DNA of 34,394 nucleotides from an uncultured Bacilli bacterium (GTDB lineage Bacteria; Bacillota_I; Bacilli_A; RF39; UBA660): NCBI GenBank assembly GCA_944350305.1, contig CALVOO010000003.1, positions 1 to 34,394 of the forward strand, read 5' to 3'. Shown piece by piece: positions 19,342 to 30,286 of this stretch (position 1 is its first letter; each line of letters starts with the position of its first letter). The notes under the pieces were generated by a model. It saw only the letters and a program-made list of their open reading frames with translations, ran no database searches and was not told where the DNA came from. The position numbers and the translations under genes were made by a program.

Positions 19342-19770
19342 ATGAAAAGAAATTATTTATATTTTATATTTTTGATCATAACTATATTTTTTTGTCTTTT
19401 CACTTTATTTGAAATTTATAATTATATGTTTTTTAATTCAAATTTATTTGGTTTGATTTATTTACTTATTAATTGCTTTATTTCTTTTGGCTTAATTATT
19501 ATGTGTTATAACTTTAAAATTGCAAATGTTAAAATTAGGATTAGTAAAAATTTATTGACTATTATTTTAGGCTTGTTTTCAAGTTTTTTATTATATTATG
19601 TAGTTGTTGGTTTTTTGTCTTATGTTGATGAAAGTCAAGATTTTATTAATAGGATATTTTTGTCTGTAAAAGTTTTCAAACCTATTTTATATTTTGTTTT
19701 ATTGATTTTTTCGCTGTTAGAATATAAGTTTAAAATAGGTGTAAGGCTTAAAAAAACTTGTAATTTGTAA
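19342..19770 (+). CDS. Four-TM hypothetical membrane protein
   Basis: Four hydrophobic segments; RBS GGGAG. Confidence 0.7.
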   Translation: MKRNYLYFIFLIITIFFCLFTLFEIYNYMFFNSNLFGLIYLLINCFISFGLIIMCYNFKIANVKIRISKNLLTIILGLFSSFLLYYVVVGFLSYVDESQDFINRIFLSVKVFKPILYFVLLIFSLLEYKFKIGVRLKKTCNL

Positions 19771-19804
19771 TTTATTGTATTAAAATATTTACGTGAGGTG
19801 AATT

Positions 19805-20266
19805 ATGAAGAAAATTTGGGATAAATATAAGGTTATTATTATTGTTATAATTCTTTTAGGAATGTTCGTTGGGCTTTCATTTTTGTTAGAAACTGATAGT
19901 GTAAAAAATGAAACTAATTCTTCAGGACCAAGTGTATCAGAATGGGTTAATGACAGTCTAGAAGAAAAGTTTACTATAGCAGTAATCGCACAAACAACTT
20001 GTAGTTTTTGTGAAATGTATAAACCTGTTGTTGAAAGTGTAGAAAATAAGTATGAGGATTTGAATGTGTATTGGTTCCATACTGATCAACTATCTAATGC
20101 GGATTATTCTACTTTAAGTGGAACATATGATATTTCGGATACTTTTAAAGGAACTCCTTATACGATGTTAACATATCATGGAGTATTAATTGATCATATA
20201 AGTGGTTATGTTGATGAGGAAACTTTGATTCAATTCTTAGTTGATAATGGAGTAATTAATGAATAA
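19805..20266 (+). CDS. Membrane-anchored thioredoxin-fold protein
   Basis: N-terminal TM helix, CSFC (CxxC), GTP cis-Pro loop, ISGY. Confidence 0.85.
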   Translation: MKKIWDKYKVIIIVIILLGMFVGLSFLLETDSVKNETNSSGPSVSEWVNDSLEEKFTIAVIAQTTCSFCEMYKPVVESVENKYEDLNVYWFHTDQLSNADYSTLSGTYDISDTFKGTPYTMLTYHGVLIDHISGYVDEETLIQFLVDNGVINE

Positions 20267-20290
20267 TATTCATTAATTTTTTTGTATGTT

Positions 20291-21406
20291 ATGAAAAAGA
20301 AAATATGTTTTTTAATTTTTATTAGTTTATTGATCTTGTTTTTGTTAAAGTATTTGTTTTCTAATTATAAAATTACATATTCAATTAATGGATTTGATGT
20401 TTTGGAATCTTATGAAGATGGTAAATATTATTTTGAATTGGAAAATGATGATTTGGCTTTTAATGCTTTGTTTTATGCTGGTAAAAAAATTAATAGGAAA
20501 TTGTTAGATGATATAGGCGTTTTTGAAGGTGAAAATTATAATTGTTTAGATTTGAATTTTGATTTTTATACACATTATCCTATTTGTTATGATAAAAATG
20601 GTAATTTGTTACATTACTCATTGATTGATGATGAAGACGTTCTTTTATATTTGAATGATCTAGGGGTGACTTTATCTTCTGAGGTTGATTATGAAGATGA
20701 GTTTTATTTTACAAATAATTTGAATAAAGGTGAGTTTATAGCAGTTTGGAAATATGATGGATTTTATTTGCTTGATAGTAGTGGTGTAAAATCGATTGAT
20801 ATTTTTGACAATGATAGGTATAGTAATAATTTGAGTTATTTATATGATAATATTTTGTTTTTACCTAATTATGATGAAGATTTATTTTTTACTAAGTTTA
20901 TTCTACTTGATGTAACTGACGGTGATTATGAAATTTATGAAACTGATTATGAAATAAGCTATGATTCTTATATTTCTGGTACTAATGGCAATGATATTTA
21001 TTTGTTTGATAGAAAGAATGACTGTTTGTATGAAATAAATGTAAAAAAAGGAAAAATTGATTGTGTTGGTAATTCTGATATTGGGTATATAAAATATGAA
21101 AATGGTAAAAAAGTGGAAGCTTCTTTAAAGGAATATGACGAAGATTATATTATGTATTTTGATGTTAATTTTAATAATATAGTTGTGGATGGAATGAATT
21201 ATTATTATTCGTATAATGATGATATTGTGACTAAATTTATTAATGAAACTGATTTTAATATAGTTTATATTAGTAATAATGATGTTTATTATTTGGTTAA
21301 TGATAATTTATTTGTATTTAATCCTTTGTATGGTAATAAATTATTGTTACATTATTTTGAACTTAATTTTAATGATAGTAATAGAATTTTTGTTTATAAT
21401 AAATAA
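20291..21406 (+). CDS. Membrane-anchored acidic hypothetical protein
   Basis: N-terminal TM helix, long Asp/Tyr/Asn-rich beta-type body. Confidence 0.7.
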   Translation: MKKKICFLIFISLLILFLLKYLFSNYKITYSINGFDVLESYEDGKYYFELENDDLAFNALFYAGKKINRKLLDDIGVFEGENYNCLDLNFDFYTHYPICYDKNGNLLHYSLIDDEDVLLYLNDLGVTLSSEVDYEDEFYFTNNLNKGEFIAVWKYDGFYLLDSSGVKSIDIFDNDRYSNNLSYLYDNILFLPNYDEDLFFTKFILLDVTDGDYEIYETDYEISYDSYISGTNGNDIYLFDRKNDCLYEINVKKGKIDCVGNSDIGYIKYENGKKVEASLKEYDEDYIMYFDVNFNNIVVDGMNYYYSYNDDIVTKFINETDFNIVYISNNDVYYLVNDNLFVFNPLYGNKLLLHYFELNFNDSNRIFVYNK

Positions 21407-21450
21407 ATCACTTTAATATAAAAATCATATATTATATTAGGTGATTTTTT

Positions 21451-21780
21451 ATGTTATTAAAGGGTGATAGAGAAATGATTGAAACTCCATATTATAGTGT
21501 TTATGTTGTTTCAAGTGGAGATACTCTATTTAAAATTAGTAAGGAGTTTAATGTTAATCCAAAGCTTTTGGCTGAACTGAATGGTTTAAAAATGGATGAA
21601 TACATTTATCCCAATCAGGTTTTACTTATTCCTAAAAAGGGTGTTCAATTTTATATTACCAAAGATGATGATACTTTAAGGGATGTTAGTAAAATTTTTG
21701 ATGTTACTGAATTTGATGTTATTAAACAAAATAATAGTATTTATTTACTCCCTGGACAAATGATTTTTTATAAAGATTGA
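21451..21780 (+). CDS. Two-LysM-domain protein
   Basis: YVV.SGDTL.KIS..F.V....L...NGL....IYP.Q.L.IP, plus a second degenerate copy; start may be 21475. Confidence 0.9.
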   Translation: MLLKGDREMIETPYYSVYVVSSGDTLFKISKEFNVNPKLLAELNGLKMDEYIYPNQVLLIPKKGVQFYITKDDDTLRDVSKIFDVTEFDVIKQNNSIYLLPGQMIFYKD

Positions 21781-21859
21781 CCTAGCAATTAGGTTTTTTT
21801 ATTGTAAAATATTTTTTTTTATTTTATAATTAACTTATAAAATAAAGGAGTTGTTAAGT

Positions 21860-23464
21860 GTGATTATAAGAAAACCTTATGCATTTTTAATTAAACATTT
21901 TCGCATGATACATCTATTTATGTTTGCATGTGTTTTGTTTGTTTCTTATAAATCTACTGCTTTATTAAATTTTTTTAATTCGTATGTTAAAAATGGTTAT
22001 TATTCTTATATTGATAATTTAGCCGGTTCTTTAATAAATTTTTATTTATTTTTATCGATTATTATTATAATTTTATTAGGATTAATTATTTATATATTGT
22101 TAAAATGGAAAGATAAAAAAAGAACTTTGTATATTTTTATATGTTGCTTCTATTTAATACTTTTTGTTGCATTTATTATATATTTTGGTTTTTTAAATGT
22201 TATAGAAAGTAATGTTATTGATGAACGTGCCTTACGTACTTATCGTGATGTAGTCCTTATTTTAAATTTACCTCAATATTTTTTTGTTATTATGACATTT
22301 ATAAGAGCAATAGGATTTGATATTAAAAAATTTGATTTTAAAAAGGATATTGAAGATCTTGAAATAGATACGTCTGATTATGAGGAAGTTGAAATTAATT
22401 TTGGACAAGATAATTATAAAATACGAAGAAAAGCTAGAAGAACTTTTAGAGAATTTAAATATTATATTTTGGAAAATAAGTTCTTTTTTGCAGTTATATG
22501 TGTTTTGTTGTTTGTTTCTTTCTCTTTTGCAATTTATTTGAATTTTGAAGTATATAATAAAAATTATAATGAAACTGAATTATTTTCTATAGATGGTATA
22601 AATTTTAAAGTTTTGGCTTCTTATGCTAGTAATGTTGATTATAGAGGTAATACAATACTTGAAGATAAAAAATATATTGTGATTTTACTTGATATTGTTA
22701 ATGTTTCAGATGAAAGAAAGACTTTAAAAACTGAAAATTTAAAGTTAATTGTCAATAATAAGCAATACTCTGTTAGTTTTTCAAAAAATAATTATTTTAT
22801 TGATTTAGGTGAAGGATATTATAATCAAATTTTATATCCTGGTGAAGAAAAACAGTATATTTTAGTTTATGAAATCCCAGAAAGTGAATCAACCACATCA
22901 TATGTTTTTAGATTGATGAGTGAAATTAATTATTTCGATGGTAAAATACGTTCTAATCATAAAGATGTAGTTATTAATCCAGTCAATTATTTAAAAAATG
23001 ATTATATTTATGATCTTAATTTAGGTAGTTTTGTTGATTTGAGTCTTTCTACATTGTCTGATACTAGTGCAATTGTTTTGGATTACGAGTTCAATGATTC
23101 ATATGTAGTTTATTATGATTATTGTGTGCTTGAAAATTGTTATACTGCTCAAAAAATAATTGAACCTGACATAGTTGGCAAAATTCCTAAAACTTTAATT
23201 AGATTAGAAATAGATTTTAATAATAACACTAATTTATATATTTATAAATATTTGAAGTCAAATGTGGATTTGGTAAGTATGTTTGGAAAAATTGTTTATG
23301 TAATTGATGGTGTAAAAAAGTCAACTTACCTTGAAACGTTTGATTATGATTTTTTAACTGGAAAGTATGTTTATGCAGAAGTTCCTTTAGAAATTTTAGA
23401 TGCTTCTAATATAAATTTTGCTATTACTATTAGAAATATTAGTTATAACATTAAGTTGAAATGA
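21860..23464 (+). CDS. Multi-TM membrane protein with an extracellular Ig-like (DUF4352-like) domain
   Basis: Five TM segments, then V.L.I.NVS.E...L.P.E.....LVYEIP pattern; GTG start 9 nt after AAGGAG. Confidence 0.65.
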   Translation: MIIRKPYAFLIKHFRMIHLFMFACVLFVSYKSTALLNFFNSYVKNGYYSYIDNLAGSLINFYLFLSIIIIILLGLIIYILLKWKDKKRTLYIFICCFYLILFVAFIIYFGFLNVIESNVIDERALRTYRDVVLILNLPQYFFVIMTFIRAIGFDIKKFDFKKDIEDLEIDTSDYEEVEINFGQDNYKIRRKARRTFREFKYYILENKFFFAVICVLLFVSFSFAIYLNFEVYNKNYNETELFSIDGINFKVLASYASNVDYRGNTILEDKKYIVILLDIVNVSDERKTLKTENLKLIVNNKQYSVSFSKNNYFIDLGEGYYNQILYPGEEKQYILVYEIPESESTTSYVFRLMSEINYFDGKIRSNHKDVVINPVNYLKNDYIYDLNLGSFVDLSLSTLSDTSAIVLDYEFNDSYVVYYDYCVLENCYTAQKIIEPDIVGKIPKTLIRLEIDFNNNTNLYIYKYLKSNVDLVSMFGKIVYVIDGVKKSTYLETFDYDFLTGKYVYAEVPLEILDASNINFAITIRNISYNIKLK

Positions 23465-23473
23465 GGTGTAAAA

Positions 23474-23983
23474 ATGGAGAAACCTAAAAGTAGAAAAGAG
23501 CTAGTAAAAGCTTTGATAAGTGCAGATTTAACTGAGGAAGAGCATGATGAATTATTGGAAATGTTAATTGATAATCCAATAAGTGTAAATTTGGAAAAAA
23601 ACGAAAATTTGAAATTTAGCGAAAAAATTGCAGATAAAATAACCGCGCTTGCTGGTAGCTGGTTTTTTATAATTTGTTTTGCTTGCTTTATAATTTTTTG
23701 GATAATTTTGAATACAATGATTATATTTGAAAATCCTGTTGATCCGTACCCATTTATTTTGTTAAATTTGCTTTTATCTTGTATTTCTGCGTTGCAAGCT
23801 CCTTTCATTATGATGAGTCAAAATAGGCATTCTAAAAAAGATAGTATGAGAAATGAAAATGATTATTTAACTGATTTGAAAAGTGAATTGATATTAGAAG
23901 AATTGCACAATCAAATGGATGAAATTTTAAAAAATCAACAAAAACTTTTAAAATATATAGAAAATGATAAAAGTATAAAATAA
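23474..23983 (+). CDS. DUF1003 family membrane protein
   Basis: ADKI...AGSW.FI, DPYPFILLNL.LS...ALQAP.IMMSQNR. Confidence 0.92.
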   Translation: MEKPKSRKELVKALISADLTEEEHDELLEMLIDNPISVNLEKNENLKFSEKIADKITALAGSWFFIICFACFIIFWIILNTMIIFENPVDPYPFILLNLLLSCISALQAPFIMMSQNRHSKKDSMRNENDYLTDLKSELILEELHNQMDEILKNQQKLLKYIENDKSIK

Positions 23984-24017
23984 AAAACTTACATATAAAT
24001 TCGTAAGTTATTTTTTT
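23982..24017. terminator. Bidirectional terminator (probable original tRNA-Cys terminator, displaced by the island)
   Basis: AAAAAACTTAC-N10-GTAAGTTATTTTTTT abutting the att core at 24018. Confidence 0.7.
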
Positions 24018-24050
24018 ATGGAGCGATTGGTTAAGTTATTTTCAACTTTT
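24018..24050. repeat. att site, tRNA-distal end
   Basis: ATGGAG-CGATTGGTTAAGTTATTTTCAACTTTT; arm imperfectly complementary to 30716-30741. Confidence 0.65.
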
Positions 24051-24203
24051 CCATCACATTTAGGAATTAATACTATTTGTATCAATTTCTATATACATCT
24101 TACCATAATTTTATTTAAATACAAATACTTTTTATTTAAATTTTTATTAATTATGCTAAATTGGTCGAAATATATGATAAAATGGTATTGTAGGTGATAA
24201 TAG

Positions 24204-27200
24204 ATGGATTATAAATATCAAAGAAGACAAATATTTGGAAAAAGATTAAAAGTTCCAAGACATATTTTAAATAAAGTATATAATTGTACTCTTTCTTTTA
24301 ATGAATATATTGAGTATCAATTAGATGATAAGATTCCAACTTCATGTATTGCAGAATCAGATAGAAAAATAGTTGAAAAATTTGGTATAGATAAATGCAA
24401 AGAATTAGACTGGGAATTAATAAATAAACGAGTATATTATAATTACGATATTGATTTTAGAAATATACTAATGTCTATTGATTCACAATCTGAGGATATT
24501 AATAGTGCTTTGTATGAATTAGTGAAAGATAAAATAAGACCAATTGATTATTCTCCTAGAATGCGAGAAGTTTATTCTGATAGATTGTTTGATGTTTCAC
24601 AAAATAATGATGAAAATCTAAGATACATAATAAACGCATTTAATAGGGGTGAAGTTGGTTTAAAGGAAATAATATATAATTGGGAGTTGTTTAAGGACAA
24701 AGATTTGAGTTATTGTTTATTAAAAGATTCTGCAAACGAAAATCATATTACAGACACCATGTTAAAAGAATTTATGTTTAATTATGGTGATTTAGCATCT
24801 TTGATAGTAGAAAATAATGATATTTATACATTTATTGTTGATATATCAATCCTTAACTCAGGAGAAGAAAAACATGATTTCGTTAAGCGATTTACAGATG
24901 ATATATTAAGTAATACTTATAGAAAGTATGGAGATTCTAGACCAACTATTAAACTAACAGATGAGCAATATAAAGAAATTTTCAAGTATTCATCAATGGG
25001 AAATTATTTAAAGGTGTTTAATAAACAGAATGCTACACCTATAATTGAAGAATTAAAATCATTACCTCAAGACTATATTTTTAATATGTCTATTCCGTTT
25101 ACTGAATTATTAAATTATGATGTTTTACTTTTCATTGGAACTTATGGTTTGAAAAATATTGTTGATTTTGATAATGAATGTGGGCATTTTTTTACTAAAA
25201 ATAATTGCGAAATGTTGAAATTGATGAATGATATGTATTTACATTATGCGGCTAATGAACGTGATCCTAACAAAACTATTTATACTAAGAAAAGTATAGA
25301 TGAAAATGGAAATTATGTTGATAAACCATATACTAAAGATGAATTCTATGAAGCAATGAGAAGAATGATAATTTTTGGTCCAAGTAATGGGAATTATGCA
25401 GATAAAGCTCCTGATTATAGAGAAATGACAGGAGAATTTAGAGTTAGAAATGCAGAATTATTTATTTCAGAACAAGCCCCTGAAGAGTTACAAAAACTTT
25501 TTTACACGAAATCAATTACTCCTCAATTATTATTGGAACATCCAGAATATGTTCAATATTTAAACGGAAAAGATTTAAGTTCATGTTTTAAAAATATAAA
25601 AATACAAGTTGAAGGTAGCAATGCATTGTATGTCTATGAAAATATTTATAAATTTCTTAGTGGCAAAACAGATTTTAATGGCGTTATGAATTTTATTACA
25701 GAATATAGTGATGTTTTAGATATTGTTTTTGATAGAAGAATGTCTGATTATTATAAATATGAAATAAAGTTTTCAATTAATGATGATATAGACCAAATTC
25801 AAAATAGAATTCAGGAAACTTTAAGAAAACTCATTATTGAAAAAAGATTGACGTATCCTACACATATTCCTAAGAATTTTATCAAAAAATATCCATCTAT
25901 ATTTTTAGATAAAAATGCGCCACAAGAATTGCAAGAAGTTTTTTATAATAGAACAATATCATCTGAGTTTATTTTATCAAACCCTTCTTATAGAGAATAT
26001 TTGAAAAGTGTTGATTTGGAAGTTTTGTTTAAATATATGCCTGTAAATGTTATAAATGAAGAACTTAGATATGGACAAGTTAATTTAGTTAGTGGTATTA
26101 AACAAGTGTTTGGTTCAGATTATGCTTTTGATGTTATGCTTTTATATGGAAAATACATTGAAAAAGTTTTTGAAGATAATAAATTGCAAAATTTTAAGTT
26201 TAATCCAAATTTTTCAAAAGATGATTTACTAGATGAACTAGATAAAACAATTTTACAAAATATTATCTATGGAAATATGAAATATGATGAAAATATTCCT
26301 AGCCATTTTAAAAATAACCACCCAACATTATTTTTAGATGCAAATGCACCACAAGAATTGCAAGAAGTTTTTTATAATAGAACAATATCATCTGAGTTTA
26401 TTTTATCAAACCCTTCTTATAGAGAATATTTGAAAAGTGTTGATTTGGAAGTTTTGTTTAAATATATGCCTGTAAATGTTATAAATGAAGAACTTAGATA
26501 TGGACAAGTTAATTTAGTTAGTGGTATTAAACAAGTGTTTGGTTCAGATGATGCTTTTGATGTTATGCTTTTATATGGAAAATACATTGAAAATGTTTTT
26601 GAAGATAATAGATTGCAAAATTTTAAGTTTAATCCAAATTTTTCAAAAGATGATTTACTAGATGAACTAGATAAAACAATTTTAGAAAATATTATCTATG
26701 GAAATATGAAATATGATGAAAATATTCCTAGCCATTTTAAAAATAACCACCCAACATTATTCTTAGATGCAAATGCACCACAAGAAATTAAGGATAAGTT
26801 TTATAATAGAAAACTTACATTAAAGGACTTTAATGATAATACTGAATTATTAAATATATTTGAAAATACAAATATAGCATGTGCTTTTTCGGAAAAAATG
26901 TCTTGGATTATTCCACTATTTAATGATTCTGAAAATTTTAAAACTGCAAATTATAATCGTCTGAAAGTTATAACAGCATATTCTAAAATACAAGATGTTG
27001 AATTTCAAATAGCATTTAAAGAATATGTTATGGGATTTGGAACTAATATTGATGTAGAAAAAATTGAATATGTTTCAGAAGTATTATCGAGACTATCATT
27101 ATCAAATTCAAGTGAAATATTTACATTTAGAAAAGAACTTGCTACACAAATATTAAAATCAAAAGATCCTTTGGAAAATTTAGTCAAAATCGAAGATGTA

Positions 27201-29228
27201 TTCATAAGAAATAATATTCCTATAGTTGGAAAAATATATTCTTGTTTTGAAATATTACATCCTGATTTTCAAGGGTTCAATTTTGAAAGTTCAATGATAT
27301 CACCAGTATTAAAAAAATCATCAACAACAAGTAAAAAAGTAATAGTATTTTCAGATTTAATTAAATGTTCATTTGGATCTAATAATAGATCTGTTAATGC
27401 TTATTTAAAAAATATAGAATTTGGTTCTAATTTATATGAGAGTATAAAATATGGTCAAATCCAATTTGATTCACTTGGAGAAGCTGAAATGAAAGAGTTA
27501 ACTACTTTCTGTAGTCATTTAGCAACATTATATAATAATACAATGAAAGCTAAAAAAGGAAATGAAACTTTTGTATCAACTGGATACGTTTTAACAGATA
27601 TTTTGGAACTTTCAAAAAAATTATCTCCGGATGGTTCACTGGATTATAATTTGGCTGATAGAGTTATTAGAATGTTTTGTGGATTTACTGGAATTGATAC
27701 ATTAGAACAAGCTAAAGATTATATTGAAGGAAAAGTTAAAACAGCTGATTCAAGAAATAGAGATGCTTCTAATTCTGATATGATATTAGAACAAGGAGAT
27801 TTTGTAAAAGGAATTGGTGATATTACATATCTTAGAAACATTTTACAAAATGGTAGTGTTTCAAAAGAGTATTTAGGTTCGAGTGCAGGTAGTGATTTTA
27901 CTCCACTTGATACTGATATATCGATGATAATGAGTTCAGATGGAACAATAAGCGAAAAAATGAATGCAACTGATGCTTCAAGTTATGGTCCTATATGGTT
28001 TGTACTTAAAAATGATGATAGATTTATGATTACTAGAACTAGTAGTGAAACATTAGAAGCAAAACGCGATATGTCTAAAATGGAAGTATTTTATACAGGC
28101 GTTTTAGGACAAGGACATTATGGAATTAGAACAGGTTTTGCTTCAAGTGAAATAAATTATATTGTTATGGAAAACTATGATTCAAAAGTTGGGTTAGAGA
28201 TTGCAATGAATGGCTTTTATATTCCTGTAGCTAATAAGGAAGGTAAAATTGTATTTACTCCAAAAGACTACGATCAATTAAGAGAAAAAATGAGTGGGTT
28301 ATCATACTATGGAGAAGATAGATATACTTTCTCTGAAAATCTAATTACAGAAGAAACAGAATATTTTGCCCAACAAATAGAACAAAGTAATTTTGAAGTT
28401 CAGACCAAAAGAGAAAAAATAAATAGTATTATTAAAAAATCACTTGAAGAATTAGGGTTACATCTAAAAACAAATATTGATGGAGATTTAACTGAGGGAT
28501 TTGTCGAATTAATTGATACAGGTTCTACAGGAAGAGGAACAAATAAACCTGGTGATGGCGATTTTGATTTTATGATGAGATTAGATAAAACTATATTGTC
28601 AAATCCTACAAGATTAAATGAATTAAAACAAACTATATTAAGAAATTTAGGTAGAGAAAATTCTTCTGAATTAACTGGAACTGGAGACTTTAGATTAAAG
28701 AGTGTTCCAATAGATACTGATATGAGCGTAGATATTGATATTACATTTACTGAAAAAACAGATAAAGTATCATATTCTACTGATATGGCATTACAAGATA
28801 GACTTGCTACTATTCAAAGAAATGAACCTGAAAAGTATAAATATGTTGTTTCAAATATATTACTAGCAAAACAAGTTCTTAAAAAAGCTGAAGCATATAA
28901 ACCTAATCGTGGAGAAATACCTCAAGGTGGTTTAGGTGGCGTTGGAATTGAAAATTGGATTCTTCAAAATGGTGGTTCATTTATTGATGCTGCTAAAAGT
29001 TTTGTTGAGGCAGCTGATGGAAAAAGTTTTTCGGAATTCCAATCAACTTATCAAATATGGGATTTTGGCGATAATCATTTAGCCGAAAGAAGAGGACTAT
29101 ATGCACATGATAATTTTGTTACAAATAACATGAGTGAGGCAGGATATCAAAAGATGGTATATGCTTTAAAAGAGTATTTAAAATCTATGGAAATTACACA
29201 AGTAGATACTGAAACTATAAAACGATGA
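24204..29228 (+). CDS. 1674-aa multidomain protein: helical repeats, putative ART-like domain and C-terminal Pol-beta nucleotidyltransferase (class I CCA/OAS/CD-NTase-like)
   Basis: DTGSTGRGTNKPGDGDFDF (aa ~1438-1456), VDIDITF (aa ~1509-1515), LLAKQVLK..AY...GGLGGVGIENWILQNGGSF; RBS AGGTGA; extended -10 TGaTAAAAT at 24175-24183. Confidence 0.8.
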   Translation: MDYKYQRRQIFGKRLKVPRHILNKVYNCTLSFNEYIEYQLDDKIPTSCIAESDRKIVEKFGIDKCKELDWELINKRVYYNYDIDFRNILMSIDSQSEDINSALYELVKDKIRPIDYSPRMREVYSDRLFDVSQNNDENLRYIINAFNRGEVGLKEIIYNWELFKDKDLSYCLLKDSANENHITDTMLKEFMFNYGDLASLIVENNDIYTFIVDISILNSGEEKHDFVKRFTDDILSNTYRKYGDSRPTIKLTDEQYKEIFKYSSMGNYLKVFNKQNATPIIEELKSLPQDYIFNMSIPFTELLNYDVLLFIGTYGLKNIVDFDNECGHFFTKNNCEMLKLMNDMYLHYAANERDPNKTIYTKKSIDENGNYVDKPYTKDEFYEAMRRMIIFGPSNGNYADKAPDYREMTGEFRVRNAELFISEQAPEELQKLFYTKSITPQLLLEHPEYVQYLNGKDLSSCFKNIKIQVEGSNALYVYENIYKFLSGKTDFNGVMNFITEYSDVLDIVFDRRMSDYYKYEIKFSINDDIDQIQNRIQETLRKLIIEKRLTYPTHIPKNFIKKYPSIFLDKNAPQELQEVFYNRTISSEFILSNPSYREYLKSVDLEVLFKYMPVNVINEELRYGQVNLVSGIKQVFGSDYAFDVMLLYGKYIEKVFEDNKLQNFKFNPNFSKDDLLDELDKTILQNIIYGNMKYDENIPSHFKNNHPTLFLDANAPQELQEVFYNRTISSEFILSNPSYREYLKSVDLEVLFKYMPVNVINEELRYGQVNLVSGIKQVFGSDDAFDVMLLYGKYIENVFEDNRLQNFKFNPNFSKDDLLDELDKTILENIIYGNMKYDENIPSHFKNNHPTLFLDANAPQEIKDKFYNRKLTLKDFNDNTELLNIFENTNIACAFSEKMSWIIPLFNDSENFKTANYNRLKVITAYSKIQDVEFQIAFKEYVMGFGTNIDVEKIEYVSEVLSRLSLSNSSEIFTFRKELATQILKSKDPLENLVKIEDVFIRNNIPIVGKIYSCFEILHPDFQGFNFESSMISPVLKKSSTTSKKVIVFSDLIKCSFGSNNRSVNAYLKNIEFGSNLYESIKYGQIQFDSLGEAEMKELTTFCSHLATLYNNTMKAKKGNETFVSTGYVLTDILELSKKLSPDGSLDYNLADRVIRMFCGFTGIDTLEQAKDYIEGKVKTADSRNRDASNSDMILEQGDFVKGIGDITYLRNILQNGSVSKEYLGSSAGSDFTPLDTDISMIMSSDGTISEKMNATDASSYGPIWFVLKNDDRFMITRTSSETLEAKRDMSKMEVFYTGVLGQGHYGIRTGFASSEINYIVMENYDSKVGLEIAMNGFYIPVANKEGKIVFTPKDYDQLREKMSGLSYYGEDRYTFSENLITEETEYFAQQIEQSNFEVQTKREKINSIIKKSLEELGLHLKTNIDGDLTEGFVELIDTGSTGRGTNKPGDGDFDFMMRLDKTILSNPTRLNELKQTILRNLGRENSSELTGTGDFRLKSVPIDTDMSVDIDITFTEKTDKVSYSTDMALQDRLATIQRNEPEKYKYVVSNILLAKQVLKKAEAYKPNRGEIPQGGLGGVGIENWILQNGGSFIDAAKSFVEAADGKSFSEFQSTYQIWDFGDNHLAERRGLYAHDNFVTNNMSEAGYQKMVYALKEYLKSMEITQVDTETIKR
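25900..26786 (+). repeat. In-frame 429-bp (143-aa) tandem duplication
   Basis: CCACAAGAA anchor at 25920, 26349 and 26778 (429-bp period); I count 5 differences between 25920-26348 and 26349-26777. Confidence 0.97.
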
Positions 29229-29229
29229 C

Positions 29230-30119
<890 letters not shown>

Positions 30120-30148
30120 TAATCAATCACTCCTTTTTACTAAAAAAT

Positions 30149-30192
30149 AGGAGACAATAGTATTTAATAAAGTCTAAATACTACTGACTCCT
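30149..30192 (-). terminator. Terminator/attenuator-like hairpin in the recombinase leader
   Basis: Minus strand AGGAGTCAGTAGTATTTA-GACTTTAT-TAAATACTATTGTCTCCT followed by ATTTTT. Confidence 0.6.
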
Positions 30193-30286
30193 CAATAAAT
30201 TCAATATTATAAATTTTGGGTAAATTGTGTTTATATTTCATAGATGTACCTCTCTTTCTAGAAAGTACCTCTTTCATTGGTTATTT

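Noticed and set aside
24018-24197. 59-codon plus-strand ORF starting at the ATG of the att core
   Set aside because: No RBS (preceded by a T run), low-complexity translation, and it overlaps the promoter/RBS of the large gene
25900-26786. Positive selection between the two repeat copies (4 of 5 changes non-synonymous)
   Set aside because: Roughly the neutral expectation, and too few sites to conclude anything
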